Both the position numbers and the translations under genes were made by a program. A stretch of DNA of 62,604 bases, counting the filler, from Dugesia japonica (lineage: Eukaryota), in the NCBI GenBank assembly GCA_001938525.1. It is 6 parts of 6 records of this genome, joined end to end, with 100 filler letters (N's around TTAATTAATTAA, not from the genome) between each part and the next. Parts side by side here need not be neighbours in the genome. Positions count along the whole stretch, not along the records: positions 10,156 to 19,509 come from MQRL01221888.1; positions 19,610 to 28,340 come from MQRL01646138.1; 4 more parts are not named here. The stretch is one strand, 5' to 3'. Positions within the stretch are counted from its first letter, which is position 1. Each line of letters opens with the position of its first letter. A model generated the notes under the pieces. The model was not told the origin of the DNA. It was given only the letters and a program-made list of their open reading frames with translations, and did not search any database. Of this stretch, positions 12,596 through 26,105 are shown in pieces.

Positions 12596-15050
12596 CTAAA
12601 AATCAATTAAGCTAATAAGCCATGACAATTGTCTTATATAATCGAGATGAAAAAGGATAATAATCTCTGTGTAGTTTATACAACTCAATCATTTTTAGAT
12701 TGATTTAGTTGACAAATTTCTACTGCAATTATTTTTATTGATTTTTTTAATCGATGCCAAAATTGTCCGTCTTCCTGGAGAAACGTAAAAATATGATATA
12801 TTCTTTCTACATAAATATTATTTTTTTNNNNNNNNNNNNNNNTAAAAAAATTGTTTATTTTTTAAAAGATATTTACTTAATTTTTTAATTATCTGATAAT
12901 ATTAATGATATTCTCCAGAAAAAAAATAATTTTGAATATAAATACTCAATAATTATAAACACTCTTAATGATTAACAAGAAGCCATCTATGGCAACTGCT
13001 GACTGAATAACAAAACAACAACACATGAAGTTACATGATTTCTCTAAAGACTAACCTAAAGAAATCAATGAGATATGAGTATACATTAGTGATATATATT
13101 CAGGTGTTGGGAACATGAATTTAATGCAACAGCAGCTACGGTAGCAAAATATCAGAAATGAGAATAACAGTGTTTAGAATTGATGAAGTCAAACAATGCT
13201 GCAGTGAGTACATCATTGCATTGTCAAATGATGGCGAAACTATCACCTGTTTTCACTACATTGAAAACATCCGTATCGACAAGAGAGAGAAAAGAAAACA
13301 CATCGTTCATTGCAATAGGCGTGTAACGTTGCGTGACATACAAACATGCTGGGTTGACAAAAAGACCATATGTCAACCATATGTCGAGCTCACAAAATAC
13401 TATACCACAGAGAGTAGTTACGCAAGCAAAGAACACTATATTTTTTTCATCGAATCCCAGCTTCACTATACCGCTTTATTCAGAATAAATAAGACGACAG
13501 AAACAAGCATGTTGGATATGTCGTTTTTTTCATAAATATTGTCAATGCGTTTATAGTCATCGATGTGGAAAAAACGTCAGAAATTTGTATCAGTTAACAT
13601 TTCCTGCAGTATTTCGTGATGTTGTCGTCATTGTGAAGAAGATGAGGGAGCATTTATAAGAGGAGTTTCAATTATCTGTAGGTTGTAATTGCCTAGGATA
13701 AAGGATATTCTCCACCTGCATCCCCATCAACTACAGTCGTACACAAAGCAGCCACAGACATACACACTTGCTCACATTTTTTGCTAAAAAAATATTTCAA
13801 CACAACAAGCAATCAGTCATTGGAGAAAATATACGATTTAAATATTTGTCTTCGACATTTCAATGTAGTTGAGTGGACGGACTTTCAACGGGATTTCTGA
13901 ACAATTTTTGATGACATATTTGAACATTTTTATCTTCTCTTATTTCTGTTTTTGCCTTTCAGACGATTGTTTTACTACAAGTCTGGCGTGTAAATATAAA
14001 TATAAATAAATGATGATAAATAAATGTCATTTTTTTAATAAGAGATCTCAAACCCACAAACAGAAAAACGAAAAATCTTAATAAATCTTCTAATTAAATT
14101 AATTTAAAATTTATTTTTAAATGATAAAAACAAATTTAGTATTTCATAAGTAATTTATAAAATTTCATTAATTTTTACTAATTGCAATTAATCTCTATAA
14201 ATAAAATTTAATTTTATTTAATTTCAAATAAATATTTCAAAGAAAATAATAAAACAAAAATAAATAGAAATTCAAAAATTAATAATAATTCATTTTTCAA
14301 TCATAAATATTTTCTAAATTCCCATTTTTTATTTTATTAAAATTTTTATTATTAAAATTAATTCAGATAAATTTATAGATATTTATTTAAAATTTTTTTT
14401 TAATGTAAAAACAAACAATAAGTTAGATTAAGGTTTTCGATCACATATTTCTTGTATTGTAGAAAATAAACAAATCCTAATTTTCTCCATAAGGGCTAAC
14501 AGAAAAATTTAATTGTTTAACTGGAATAGGTGTAATTTAGATTATTAAAATTTAATTTTTTATCAATTTAATTATAAAAATTACTATTACAAATAAATTA
14601 TTGAAACCTCTTATTTGAAAGAGTTTAAAATAAAATAAGAAAAAAATTATTATTAAAAGTATCGTGTGAGAAAAAATAATATGATAAAATTAATAGATAT
14701 AATAAAAAAAACGTTCTAATTAATGATAAAACATAAAATAATTTATCAGTTGAAATTTCACAATGAAAAATATTTGAGTAGATTTTATAGAATTATAAAT
14801 ATTTGTATTTCAAATCTGACAAATTTTAACAAACTAATTCTCAATGCCTAAAAGGCATTTTCGATAACGAAAAATTTCATTTTGTGTTACTGTATGAACA
14901 TAAATATTACATAACCAGTGTCAGATGTTTAAATGTATTTGTTTAGTAAATTGAAAAAAATTTTAATGATAGAATTCCAATTGAAAATTAAAACTCGATT
15001 TGATATGAATAGAATAAAAAAAAATTTTTTTTAACTAAAATTTATCTTAC

Positions 15051-15659
15051 CGATTCATTATGTAAACTGTTGTGTGAATCTTTTGAATTAGTTTCTCCAA
15101 GATTTCGAATACCATGTCGAACATAATGCAATTGCAACTGATGAAATGATTGCTGGTAACAATTGCAGAAAATACATTTGTATTGCTTATCTGTCAGGCT
15201 GTGTTCTATCATATCTGAATTTGTCCGAGAACAAGGTCTTGTATCAGGAGATTGTTGCATTTGTGACAAATCTGACACAAATCCATTTGATTTTTGGCTT
15301 TTTGAATAAAGTTTGCCGGAAAAATAGATGCTAATAAAAGCAATATTGCCATACATATCATTTGAATCGGGAGAAACTGATTTTGTAATAGATAAATTTT
15401 CTTGTAAATTTGTTGGATTGCTAGAGTCATTTGAAGGATGCTTGTTGTGAATAAGAGTAATATGTTCATGCATAAAATGACGACAAGAAGCGACTTTGTG
15501 ACAAATAGCACAACGGTAAATTATATAATCGATCATTTTATCTGGATGAACTTCATCGAAATGTTCTTCAATATTATTTAAAAGATAACTGTGAAATGTA
15601 CATAATGGACAATGTAAAACAAGCACATCAGTTGGCATTAATTGTGGTAATAAACCCAT
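15051..15659 (-). CDS. C2H2 zinc-finger protein, first coding exon (3 fingers)
   Basis: Fingers CPLC-x12-H-x4-H, CAIC-x12-H-x4-H and CIFC-x12-H-x3-H. Acceptor TTCAG| lies just upstream of the ATG (15666), with an upstream UTR donor GTGAGT at 15752 and a downstream donor |GTAAGA at 15050. Confidence 0.85.
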
Positions 15660-15749
15660 TTCAATCTGAATGTAGAAAAGTTAATAAATTAACTCATATT
15701 TATTATAGAAATAAAATTGATACAAATATGTATAATAAAATCAGTAACT

Positions 15750-17880
15750 CACATGTTCAAATGGAATATAATAAAACAAAGCGATAATTAAAGAATGAAA
15801 TTACAAAATAAGCACGGAAATAAATCACAGAACCATGAATGGAACAGTGTCCAGTAATAGCAATGTAATCAGATGAAATGTTGCTCCTGTAAACAATGCA
15901 TTCAACGCTACCGATAGATTGACAGAGTGACAGTAATTTATATTTGAAATTTCTGGCTATTTTGCTTGCGCGAAGTGTATAAGTGTGTTAATGTATTTAC
16001 TAGCATGTGTTTGTATGTGCGCGAAAGCCCAGCAATAAGATTTTTTTTCTAGGCTAGGTTGGGTGTGATAATGTATTTTTCCTATTTCAAATAGTCTGAT
16101 GATATCAATGCGCATAGAACTAGATTAAGTTGACATGCCAGTCATCGTAGAGCAGATGGCTTTTTACACATCGAGTATCATTTCTGAGGTTGGTCAAATC
16201 ATTTGACACAGGTATCATATTCAATAATGTAATACTAATAATGATAATAATAATAATAAATATGCTTTAGAAATTTAATTAATTACAAACATGAATTTAT
16301 TAAAATAAATTAACAAAATTAACTAGATCCTTTGTACAAATAAATTAATTGTTGAATTTTAAAAATAATTAATAATAAAAAAATAAATCTTACATTTTAG
16401 TATTCCAATTAAGAATGTGCTGTAAATAATATTGCAAAAGAATTAATTTTTGAAAGGCGAATTTTTGAGAGAAAATAAAAATTTTTAATACACAATGGTT
16501 TTCTATAAAATTATGTGAAAAGTAATCTCATAGGAAAATTAAGTCCCGAATCAAAATCTCGTCCTGTTGTTTATTTGAATACTGCTTGTGATGAGAGATT
16601 GACACGATGACAGTTATTTATATTTCAAATGTCTTACCTAAGACTGCATACACAAGTTTGTTGTCTGACTATCACCGCTTCAAATCAACGACTTGCATGC
16701 GAACGCTACAACATGTCATGTTAACACACATACAGATGCGACCAGAGAAATCAACTTGCAAACACATGCTAAGCACACAAACTCAGCACACTGTATTATC
16801 ATTGAGAATATTTTATTTAGTTCATACCTCTTTATTTCTCATCTCCCCAAGAAACAAATTATTAATGACTTGATCGAAGACATTACAGGACAATATGGAC
16901 TCACATGTAGCTGAAATGCTGACTGTATCTATATACAAAATTTCAAATGCAATGAACGTTTATCATTTAAAAAATTATCAGCACAGTGAATGTAAATGAG
17001 GTTGACTGAGTATTACTCGTCTTTCCACTTGTCAACATAAAAAATACAATATTTTTATTTATTCGAGCAACCAATCAGGGTCATCAGAACTTTACAATTT
17101 ATTTAAATTTTTTATAAGCGAATTGAGCTTACTGATTTTGATATAAAATACTAATGAAAATGTTGAAAAATAAATATAAAAAGGAATTTTTGTGAAAAAT
17201 TTTTTATTAAAAAAATTTTGTTTTCGTTACAATATGATATTTTGGCTTTATATATTTATAAAAATCATTTCTAGAGAAATTATTAGTTAATTAATTTTTA
17301 CTTATACTAAATACAAATGTGAAAATTTAAAAATAATTCATAAAATTATTTATAAAAATAAAATTATCTTACTTGAATTTTGGATTAAATAAACAGTAGG
17401 AAAATGAGAAAATTATTGCTAACAATAAGAATAAAATCCAGTTTGATTAGAATTGAAAATGAAAACGCCGGTCTGATTTGCTTGACAGACTACTCGAAAA
17501 CTAAGATAATGACACGATGAATATTGTGACAGTCGACCTGATAATAGACTGCAATTCTGCATGCATAGTTAGTGTAGATTGTATGCAATGCCACTGTCAT
17601 ATCAGACTGATATCAAGTGTCGCGTGTGTTTATGTGTATTTGTGTTCGGGTTATGTCATACACACAAGCTTTGACTACTGAATTGTGGATAATCTTTTAT
17701 TGTGATAAGGCAGAACATGTGGGTCCGGTAACAAATTCAATGACTAAGTGCGTGTATCTTTATGTTGTCAATTCGCTGTCATTCTATTTTTTGTTTCTCT
17801 ATACGCAATGATTGACAGTTTTACTAGAAACACATATGAAAGAGCTAATGGTTTCAGTTTTTACTGTCTATTTGGCTTTA
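15750..17880. promoter_or_regulatory. Putative promoter/enhancer region of the zinc-finger gene with clustered TALE (TGACAG) sites
   Basis: GC-enriched non-coding islands. TGATTGACAG at 17809-17818, AGATTGACAG at 15916-15925 followed by GAGTGACAG, further TGACA/TGTCA motifs, and a CCAAT box (AACCAATCAG) at about 17069. Confidence 0.4.
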
Positions 17881-19442
17881 AGTTTACACAAGCTTGTATT
17901 TATTTTTTATTAATCTGTTAAAAAATTATAAACTTGGCAAAATTTTATAAATTTTTAATAAATAGAAAATTTAAGTAAAGCTAAATTTCAATGAAAAAAC
18001 TAATTTTTTTAAATAATAAATAATCAATATTAGACAGTTTTCATGATTAAATGTCGAACTGCTTGATGTAAGGTGTTCTGATTTGAATAAGTTGAAAATT
18101 TTTGTTGATCTAGTAATACAATAAAATTAAATATTAAAACTTATTGAATACAATAGTTTTTTATTCTTGATTTTATGACTTTCAATTATAAATGAAATTT
18201 CTGATTTTAAAAATAATACAAAAATTATTACTTTTATTCAGGTTTGAAATTAAATAAATCTTTAATTTGTATTTTATATTAAAAGAGGATTGAAATTTTT
18301 CTAAGTTTTTTTATAGTGGATTAAATATTTTTATTAAACTTTTTTCAACAAATTTATTTTTAAAATTTGATTTTATATCAAATATTTTCTTTTTTGTATT
18401 AAGGATTTCAAATTTTCATTTATCTTATCATTATGATGTTAATTTATTTTTGATTAATTATTTTAAACTCAAACATTAAACGTTTAAATTTTTGTGAAGA
18501 AATGTTTGTAATACTTTTTACAATTACAAATGAAAATAGTCGAGTTTTGGTTTTTCATTTTATTTAAAACACTTTCAAATTATATATTTTTTTTGAAACT
18601 TTATTGATTTCTAATATTTACTTAAGGCTGTCGAATAATTTTTTTACAGGACATTTCACACTATCGTTTCAAACATTGTACCTGCTAACAGATTAGAATA
18701 TGTGCTCGTCACTATTTAATTTCAAAGCCTAAGTTTTTATTTAATTTTTATTTTCACCGTTAAATTGTTTCATAATTATTTTAAAAAAAAACTTTTTGCG
18801 TTGTTCTACTTTACTTTACACCAGAGGTAGGAAGCATGCTGCCTTTTAAAAGTTTCGCGTTGTTTTCCTATGTCAGTTATATTACGACTAGGTGGTTTAT
18901 AAGTGGCAAACCTCCTCGTGATCAAAGAAAGGGCGTAGAAAAACAAACATTTGAAGAATTTTTTGTGAATTCAATTTTATTTATGCATCATTATATTTTA
19001 ACAAAAGAAAAGATACATATTTACTGTCGATGTGACATGAAAATGAGGTCTGTTCGAAAGGCTCCCAACAACCACCCCCCTTTTAGTCAACTCATTTTAT
19101 CTTATTCGTTTGTTTACTTAGGACTTCCTCAAGAGATCTTATTTTGCTCAACATCAGTGCCTTCCGTCTGTTCTCTCTCTCTTCTTGTTGTTCAAAGAAC
19201 CTTGTGTTCGCTTTAATTTTTCAAAAAATAACTCACCTTATTTGGCACATCAAACACTTCAAGAAGTTGCCTGATCATGTTTACTATGCATGTCTTTTAA
19301 CATTATTTTAAAATTATAAAATTTTGAGTAACAGGCACAAACCAACCTATACGCCTGGATTTATAATATATTAATGATTTTAATTAAAATATTTTTTATT
19401 ATCATCATTAAAGTTTATCATTTTTGTATACTTTTGTTTAAA

Positions 19443-19509
<67 letters not shown>
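19443..19509. repeat. (AAT)n microsatellite at contig end
   Basis: Perfect AAT repeats running into the N gap. Confidence 0.95.
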
Positions 19510-19553
19510 NNNNNNNNNNNNNNNNNNNNNNNNNNNNNNNNNNNNNNNNNNNN

Positions 19554-19565
19554 TTAATTAATTAA
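19554..19565. other. Artificial contig linker
   Basis: N44-TTAATTAATTAA-N44. Confidence 0.95.
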
Positions 19566-20279
19566 NNNNNNNNNNNNNNNNNNNNNNNNNNNNNNNNNNN
19601 NNNNNNNNNTGATTGATTTTCTGGTTTGAATTATTTGCTTCTACATGTATATGCCTGTATATGTATGCTTATGTGTATATGTGTGTATGTTCAGATCTCA
19701 ACAAATGTAGAGACTGCTCATACCATGTAAAATATAAATACCCCCCCATCTCATACATAAATATAAAGTCTTTTCAAAAGAACTTTCATTAAAAATTTTC
19801 CCCTCCAAAAAATAGTTTTTTTAATTTTCTACCGCCAAAAAATAAACTTTTGAATTTCATGCAAAAAAATTTTCAAAAATATCAAGACTTCCCTCTTCCA
19901 ACATCGAAAAATATTTTAAAAAAACCCTTCCCTGTTCAAAAATATTCAAAAAAAAAACTCAAAAAATACATCAAATACAGAAAAATACCATTACTTTCTA
20001 ATAATTCATCAATTTAAGCAAAATACAGCATTTTTACTCAAAATAAAGATTTCAAAACATTATGACGTCATAACCACCCGGTAGAAAAATTTCAAATAAA
20101 TCTTTAAAAATCTGATAATTAATTCTCTTTCCACCCATATCACTCTCCCCCTCCCGAATTTATTTTAAAACACTTATACTACTTACAAATATCAACTAAT
20201 CAAATTAAAGCCCTTAAAATAAAAAATCAAAGCACATTCGACATACAAAATATTCTNCATCACATTACCTTTCCATTAC

Positions 20280-22223
20280 CTCAACAAGTTCTGAGGAGCA
20301 TTTTAAAGATTTGGAAATGGTTTTTAAACGTTTGAAATTAGCTAATCTAAAAATTAAATCATAAAGGTATGAATAGGTCAAAGAATCTGTGGTGTACGTT
20401 GGACATGTTATATCAACGAATGGTATCAAGCCGAATCCAGATAATGTAATAAAAGTGCAGAAATTCCCTATACCTAAAAATGTAAAGCATATCAGACAGT
20501 TTCTGGGATTAGCCGAATACTATAGAAGATTCATTCGAAATTTTGTACAAATAGCAGAGCCGTTGGATAAGTTACTTAGATTTGAAAAAAAATAAATGGA
20601 GTCAAGAACAGCAAATATTATAGAATTAATTGATATCAGAACCTATACTTATACATCCATTTATTCTTATGACAGACGCCAGTAATTATGATATAGGAGC
20701 AGTATTGGGATAAAAAGTTGATTGATAAAAAGATCATGTTATTACATATGCTAGTCGTCAAGCATCGAAAAGGAAGCACTAGCTATCGTTTTTGCAGTAT
20801 AAACTTGTATATATTATCCAATTGGTAAAAAGATCTATCCATATACAGATCATAGTCCCTTACTCATGACTCACCGGAATACAGCAAGTAGATTAATGCG
20901 GTGGGTGTTAAGTCTGCAAGAATTCGACATCGAAATTAGATACAGAAAAGGAAAGGCAAGTATCAAAGAATTAGTCAACTAATAAAGAATAAACAAAAAT
21001 ATTTTGTGCTAGACGGAATTTTACAATGCATTGTGGGTGTAAATGTAGTAACCGTAATACCAGAACATTTGAAAGATGCAATCATGTTGTAATATCACGA
21101 TGGAACCTTGGGAGATCATCTATCAGCCCGTAAAACTGTCGAGAATTAAAATTAAATATTTTTGAGAGACTATGGAACAAGATATTAAAGAATGGTGCAG
21201 AACATGCAATACATGCTTGACTAGGACAAATATGGGTACCAAAATCAAAGTACCTCTTAAACCCATGCCTGTACCATCAGCACCCATGGAAATGACTGGG
21301 ATATTATTGGGTCACTGCCAGAAACAGTAAATGGGAATAAATATATACTTGTATTTTGCGACTATTTAACTAAATGGCCAAAAGTTTTTGCGTTGCCAGA
21401 TCAAAGGGTAGAGACCATAGCACTAGTATTCGTTGAAAATATTATATTTCGATAAGGTACACCTCAAAAACTATTGACGGATCATGGAACAAATTTTACA
21501 AGTGATTTATTTAAAGCACTCACAGAAATATTTAATATCTTGAAACTAACAACGTCACTATATCATCCGCAAACAGATGGATTAGTTCAACAATTCAATG
21601 ATCCATTAATTAACATGTTGGCGTTTTATACGAATTGCAAACAGAAAGATTGGGATCTGTTCATAAATTCATGCTTATATGCGTATAGAAATAGCGTACA
21701 TGTTGGCACAGGTGAAACAACTTTTTGCTTAATGTACTTAAGGAGAAATAATATGCCAATAGATTTGGAATTTCAACCACCAACGGCTCAATATATGAAA
21801 TTACCTGACTATAAAACAGTGATGGTAGAGCGCATGCAAATAGCCTGGAAACAGGCTGAGCTGAACATCAAGCATCAACAAGAAAATTATAAAAGCCAAT
21901 ATGATAAAAATACTAAAAATCATGGAATTAAGATTGGGGATCTAGTTTACGTAAATAAACCTGAACCAAAGAAGGGTCAATACCTAAATTAAAGAGACCA
22001 TTTAAAGTACCCTGTGAAGTATGTGGAACAACTGATACAAATTTACAGCTAAAACCAATTTAAAAACCAATTATTGTGTATGCAAATAGATGTAAAAAGG
22101 TCATGGAAGTGGATACCCAGTATTATCTATTGCGATCAAAACAAATAGCTAAAATGGACGGGACAATAAATTTCACAATTAATACGAACGTACAATCGAA
22201 AAATGCATTATTATCCACGTAAT
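20280..22223 (+). mobile_element. Ty3/gypsy pol remnant (RT end, RNase H, integrase)
   Basis: YVGHVISTNGIKPNPD...RQFLGLAEYYRRFI (RT thumb), MTDASNYDIGAVLG (RNase H), HDGTLGDHLS...WCRTCNTC (HHCC), TDHGTNFTS...YHPQTDGLVQQFN (IN core). Frameshifts and stops present. Confidence 0.92.
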
Positions 22224-22892
22224 GGGATGCATAGCTAATGTATTTGGTCAGAATACTAGCGTGGGAGACACTGTTACTAAATTAAAAATTATGGACCGGA
22301 TGACAATTTTCTCAAGATACAGTGTAATAGCATGGTATTTCAAAAGTAGTTCTGATGAAATGTGCCTTATTCGTAATTTAAATGCATCATCAAGTAAAGT
22401 GTACGAGTTGAATTTTAGAATTAACAAAATAATCATTCGAAATTTAAAAATTAACAGAGAATATGCGCTTAAAATTCATTATTTTGTCATTGAATATGAT
22501 GGTAAAAATGGTACTAGTAAAATAAAAATGAAAGTTTGGGAGACACGAATATGGACAGAGAAAATTAAAAACAGAATTGAAATTAAACCGCTTGAGAATG
22601 AAATTCATATTTATTGGAAATCAAATTACTATTGAAATTTTTAACTTAACTGATTTTAGATACCCTGAATTACCATAAAAGACTTATACACTATGAAAAT
22701 TCATAATCAAATATGGAGTATTGTATGAATGTGATGTACTTGGAGAGGTACATCGATAATAATTTTACAGTTACATCTAGAAAGTGGATTGAGATTGATC
22801 CCCAAAAATCCTGTTCAACTGACAGGGCGGTCTTGGTCGCCTGATTTGGCTTTATGGTGTGTGTTGTTTGGGTATTTCAACGTCGAGGATAA
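22201..22892 (+). pseudogene. Extra ORF in env position of the gypsy element: signal-peptide-like + FN3-like domain(s) + C-terminal TM (type I membrane glycoprotein), disrupted
   Basis: Hydrophobic KCIIIHVMGCIANVFG|Q. FN3-like pattern VIAW...IIIRNLKINREYALKIHY, and a second repeat start IEIKPLENEIHIYW. Sequons NTS, NAS, NGT, NLT and NFT. C-terminal AVLVA*FGFMVCVVWVF-QRRG-stop (22890-22892). Confidence 0.6.
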
Positions 22893-23274
22893 AACATAAC
22901 AATCAATCCATATGATATTTTAGGTTATTGTCAAGCTAACTGTCCACCTTAACAAAATTTTAATCGAAACAATTCTTTTTCAAAAAAAACTAAATAAATA
23001 ATAATAATAAATTAATAATTCTTAAAAATAAAATCATAAATGATCTTATTATACCTACTCGCTTGTATATCGATTATGTTACGTCTCTCTATTTTTTATC
23101 ACCGCCGACAGCTTCAGTTTATTTAAAATATTAGCTATCGCGGAAATTTATTATTAATTAATCCAAGTTCTAAGTTAAAATTATTTTTAAAACACAAAAA
23201 AGAAGAAAATTTGATATTATTAATTATTATTATTACTATATATATATTTTTAAAATATTTATTATTAATCGTAA

Positions 23275-23275
23275 T

Positions 23276-23318
<43 letters not shown>
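23275..23318. repeat. (TTA)n microsatellite
   Basis: Tandem TTA repeats adjacent to an N gap. Confidence 0.9.
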
Positions 23319-26105
23319 NNNNNNNNNNNNNNNNNNNNNNNNNNNNNNNNNNNNNNNNNNNNNNNNNNNNNNNNNNNNNNNNNNNNNNNNAGTGTTATTT
23401 ATTATTATTATTTATTTATAATATTTTTTATAATATTAGACTTTTTGTTGACATTTTGTTTTGTGTTATTGTTATAATTGGTTTGTTAGTACGATGGTTG
23501 CTATTGGTATTATTACTCGGTTAATGTAATAAATAGTTTCGATTAGGTAATGTCGAAACTAAAATGTGTGGACATATGCTGGACTCCTGCTGTTCTACCA
23601 GACAATTCCGCTGCATCTCTAACACTTGTATCAAATTCTCCTTTATTACAAATTGCTACTTGGCAATCCTCAATTCGGCTTTCAAATCCTGTATTATAAG
23701 ACTTTGATTCGCATTGCCTGCACTTCTCCCCACTCTATGTAAAAGTATTCGTCCTCATCTATGTATATACCATCTTCTTCGTATCCTGTTTTAATATTCT
23801 GGACATGTCAATTAAATTATTATTCACTTTTATTTTATTCGTTATGCTGTATTTACAAAATAACCAACCAATATGAAGGAAGTAATTGTGTGAGTTCAAT
23901 AATTTAAACTCCCCCAACCTTAGTAAAAATTAAACAAAAAAAAGTTCGAAATGGGTATTAATGCTGGATATTTCTACTCAACAAAAAATTTTATAGTTCG
24001 TATTTAAAACTATCGTCAATAAAATGTGAATGGANNNNNNNNNNNNNNNNNNNNNNNNNNNNNNNNNNNNNNNNNNNNNNNNNNNNNNNNNNNNNNNNNN
24101 NNNNNNNNNNNNNNNNNNNNNNNNNNNNNNNNNNNNNNNNNNNNNNNNNNNNNNNNNNNNNNNNNNNNNNNNNNNNNNNNNNNNNNNNNNNNNNNNNNNT
24201 TAGTAACCTTAAGAGCAAGAAATTAATTAAATAGATAGCTGCCTCACTGAGATTCAGAGCTTCTAATAATTAGAAAAGTTTGAAAAGAATTACAATCAGA
24301 TCAGTATTTATACTGATTTTACATACACATGCATGTACAACATTATTTCATAATCCTTCATAAATTTTTATAAAAATTAAAATAAATATTTATACTATTT
24401 GAAAAAAATCGAATTATTCTTCATGAAACTTACAAAATAACATAAATATTTTAAAATTAATTTCTTACAAATTTCTACTTTTGTATATTGTAAATTGTCA
24501 AATATCATAAACATTAAATATTCGATGAAATAAATAACAGAACTAAAATAAATTATCAAAATTAAAATCATTGATTTTGTACTTTGTGCATAAAAGTAAG
24601 ACAATTCAAATAACGATTATATCAAATGTTCGATTCAAAATAATGTCTGAATAAATGAATAATTTATCCATTGTTGCTAATTTTGAATTTAAGCACGCTT
24701 TGCTGACTGAAGGTTGAGGGAGCATTGGCTGAATTTGTGTTTTTTATGCTTGTGTGTGTGTCTAATTGATCTCAACATTAACAGCTAATTTCTTAAACAC
24801 AATTGATTAATCTTTATTGGAAAATCCTCGTCACAGATAAATATTGTCACACGTTATGCTTCTTTTCTATTTATGTAATTTAATCAAAATAATTATTTCA
24901 ATCATTAGTTCATTTTTACGATAGCTGTTGATCGAATCAATTCTGGCATCTCTATGAGTAGATTTCGTCTTCCTGTCATCAATATTTCTACCACAAATNT
25001 TATTTCATCTATTAATTGAAACTGATCGACAAATAGAATACGCCAAACAATATTTTCAGTCGTAAATGATGCAAAAAATTAGGGTGAAATTTTCCGAGCG
25101 TCCCTTGAAACTAAAATCCCTTTTTTCCATACGTGAATCCTGCTACCTTTATGTATTTGACCATCATGATCTTCTACACGGCTTACATGCACGTTTATAT
25201 TTCTCTCTCTATCGTTAAAATAGTGATATAGTTGTCAGAGAGTACCGCTTCTGAGATGAATCAGTCACTTACATCGTAGATGCCATTTATTAATTACATT
25301 AGTCTCGTAAAACCCTAAATAATCACTGTTGAAATTTTTGTGTCACGCCAATGATTATTATTGAAGTCGCGGAAATTAGTATGATACCCGATGGTTATCA
25401 TTCTTGACATTAGAATATTCTATTTTATTATCTGTATATTATAGAGAAATTTCCATTGTTAGCAAATGACTCAGTTGGTGATTATTTCATGAATGAGTGG
25501 TATAAACAGAGATAATTGGAATATGAATAATCAATGTTAACTTCAAATCTGTTGAATTTTTGTTCATTGTTCTCTTTGGCGAAGACTACGAGCACCTATA
25601 CCTCTTGAACCTGTTATGATTGATCAGGATACCCCGTTCCATCTTTAAATGTTGTAAATAAAATAAATATTTTAAAATTGAAACCCATGTTCAATTTGAA
25701 TCTTTCTAATTAATCTGTTTTATTGCTAATTTATCAGTTACCAAGATCCTTAAAGAAATGTAACCGATTATTGAGAGGTTTGCGCTTAGAGCCTTCACCA
25801 TAAGCAACAAGAGAATATGCTAATAAGGCATATACAACGAAATAAAATTGATGCGGTAAATATCATCCTTAGTATAATTATTATTAATATTATCATTATC
25901 ATGGAGATTATTATCGTTATAATAATTAAAATTGTNCGCAGTGTTTGACAAATCAGTAGGATATCAATGATGACACTGCCGCCTTTAATATAGCAGATGA
26001 AAATCCGTCCAATTCGTAACTGTAGAATTTTCAATATTAAATAATAAATATATATGTAATGCAATAGAAAATTTTCATTAGTTTTACTGAGATTATTACT
26101 AATCT

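Noticed and set aside
18836-19216. 126-aa plus-strand ORF
   Set aside because: No recognisable domain or convincing splice context; probably a repeat fragment or chance ORF.
19700-20280. C/A-run-rich segment with an ATGACGTCAT palindrome as an LTR or Polinton TIR
   Set aside because: No partner repeat or diagnostic terminus in the window.
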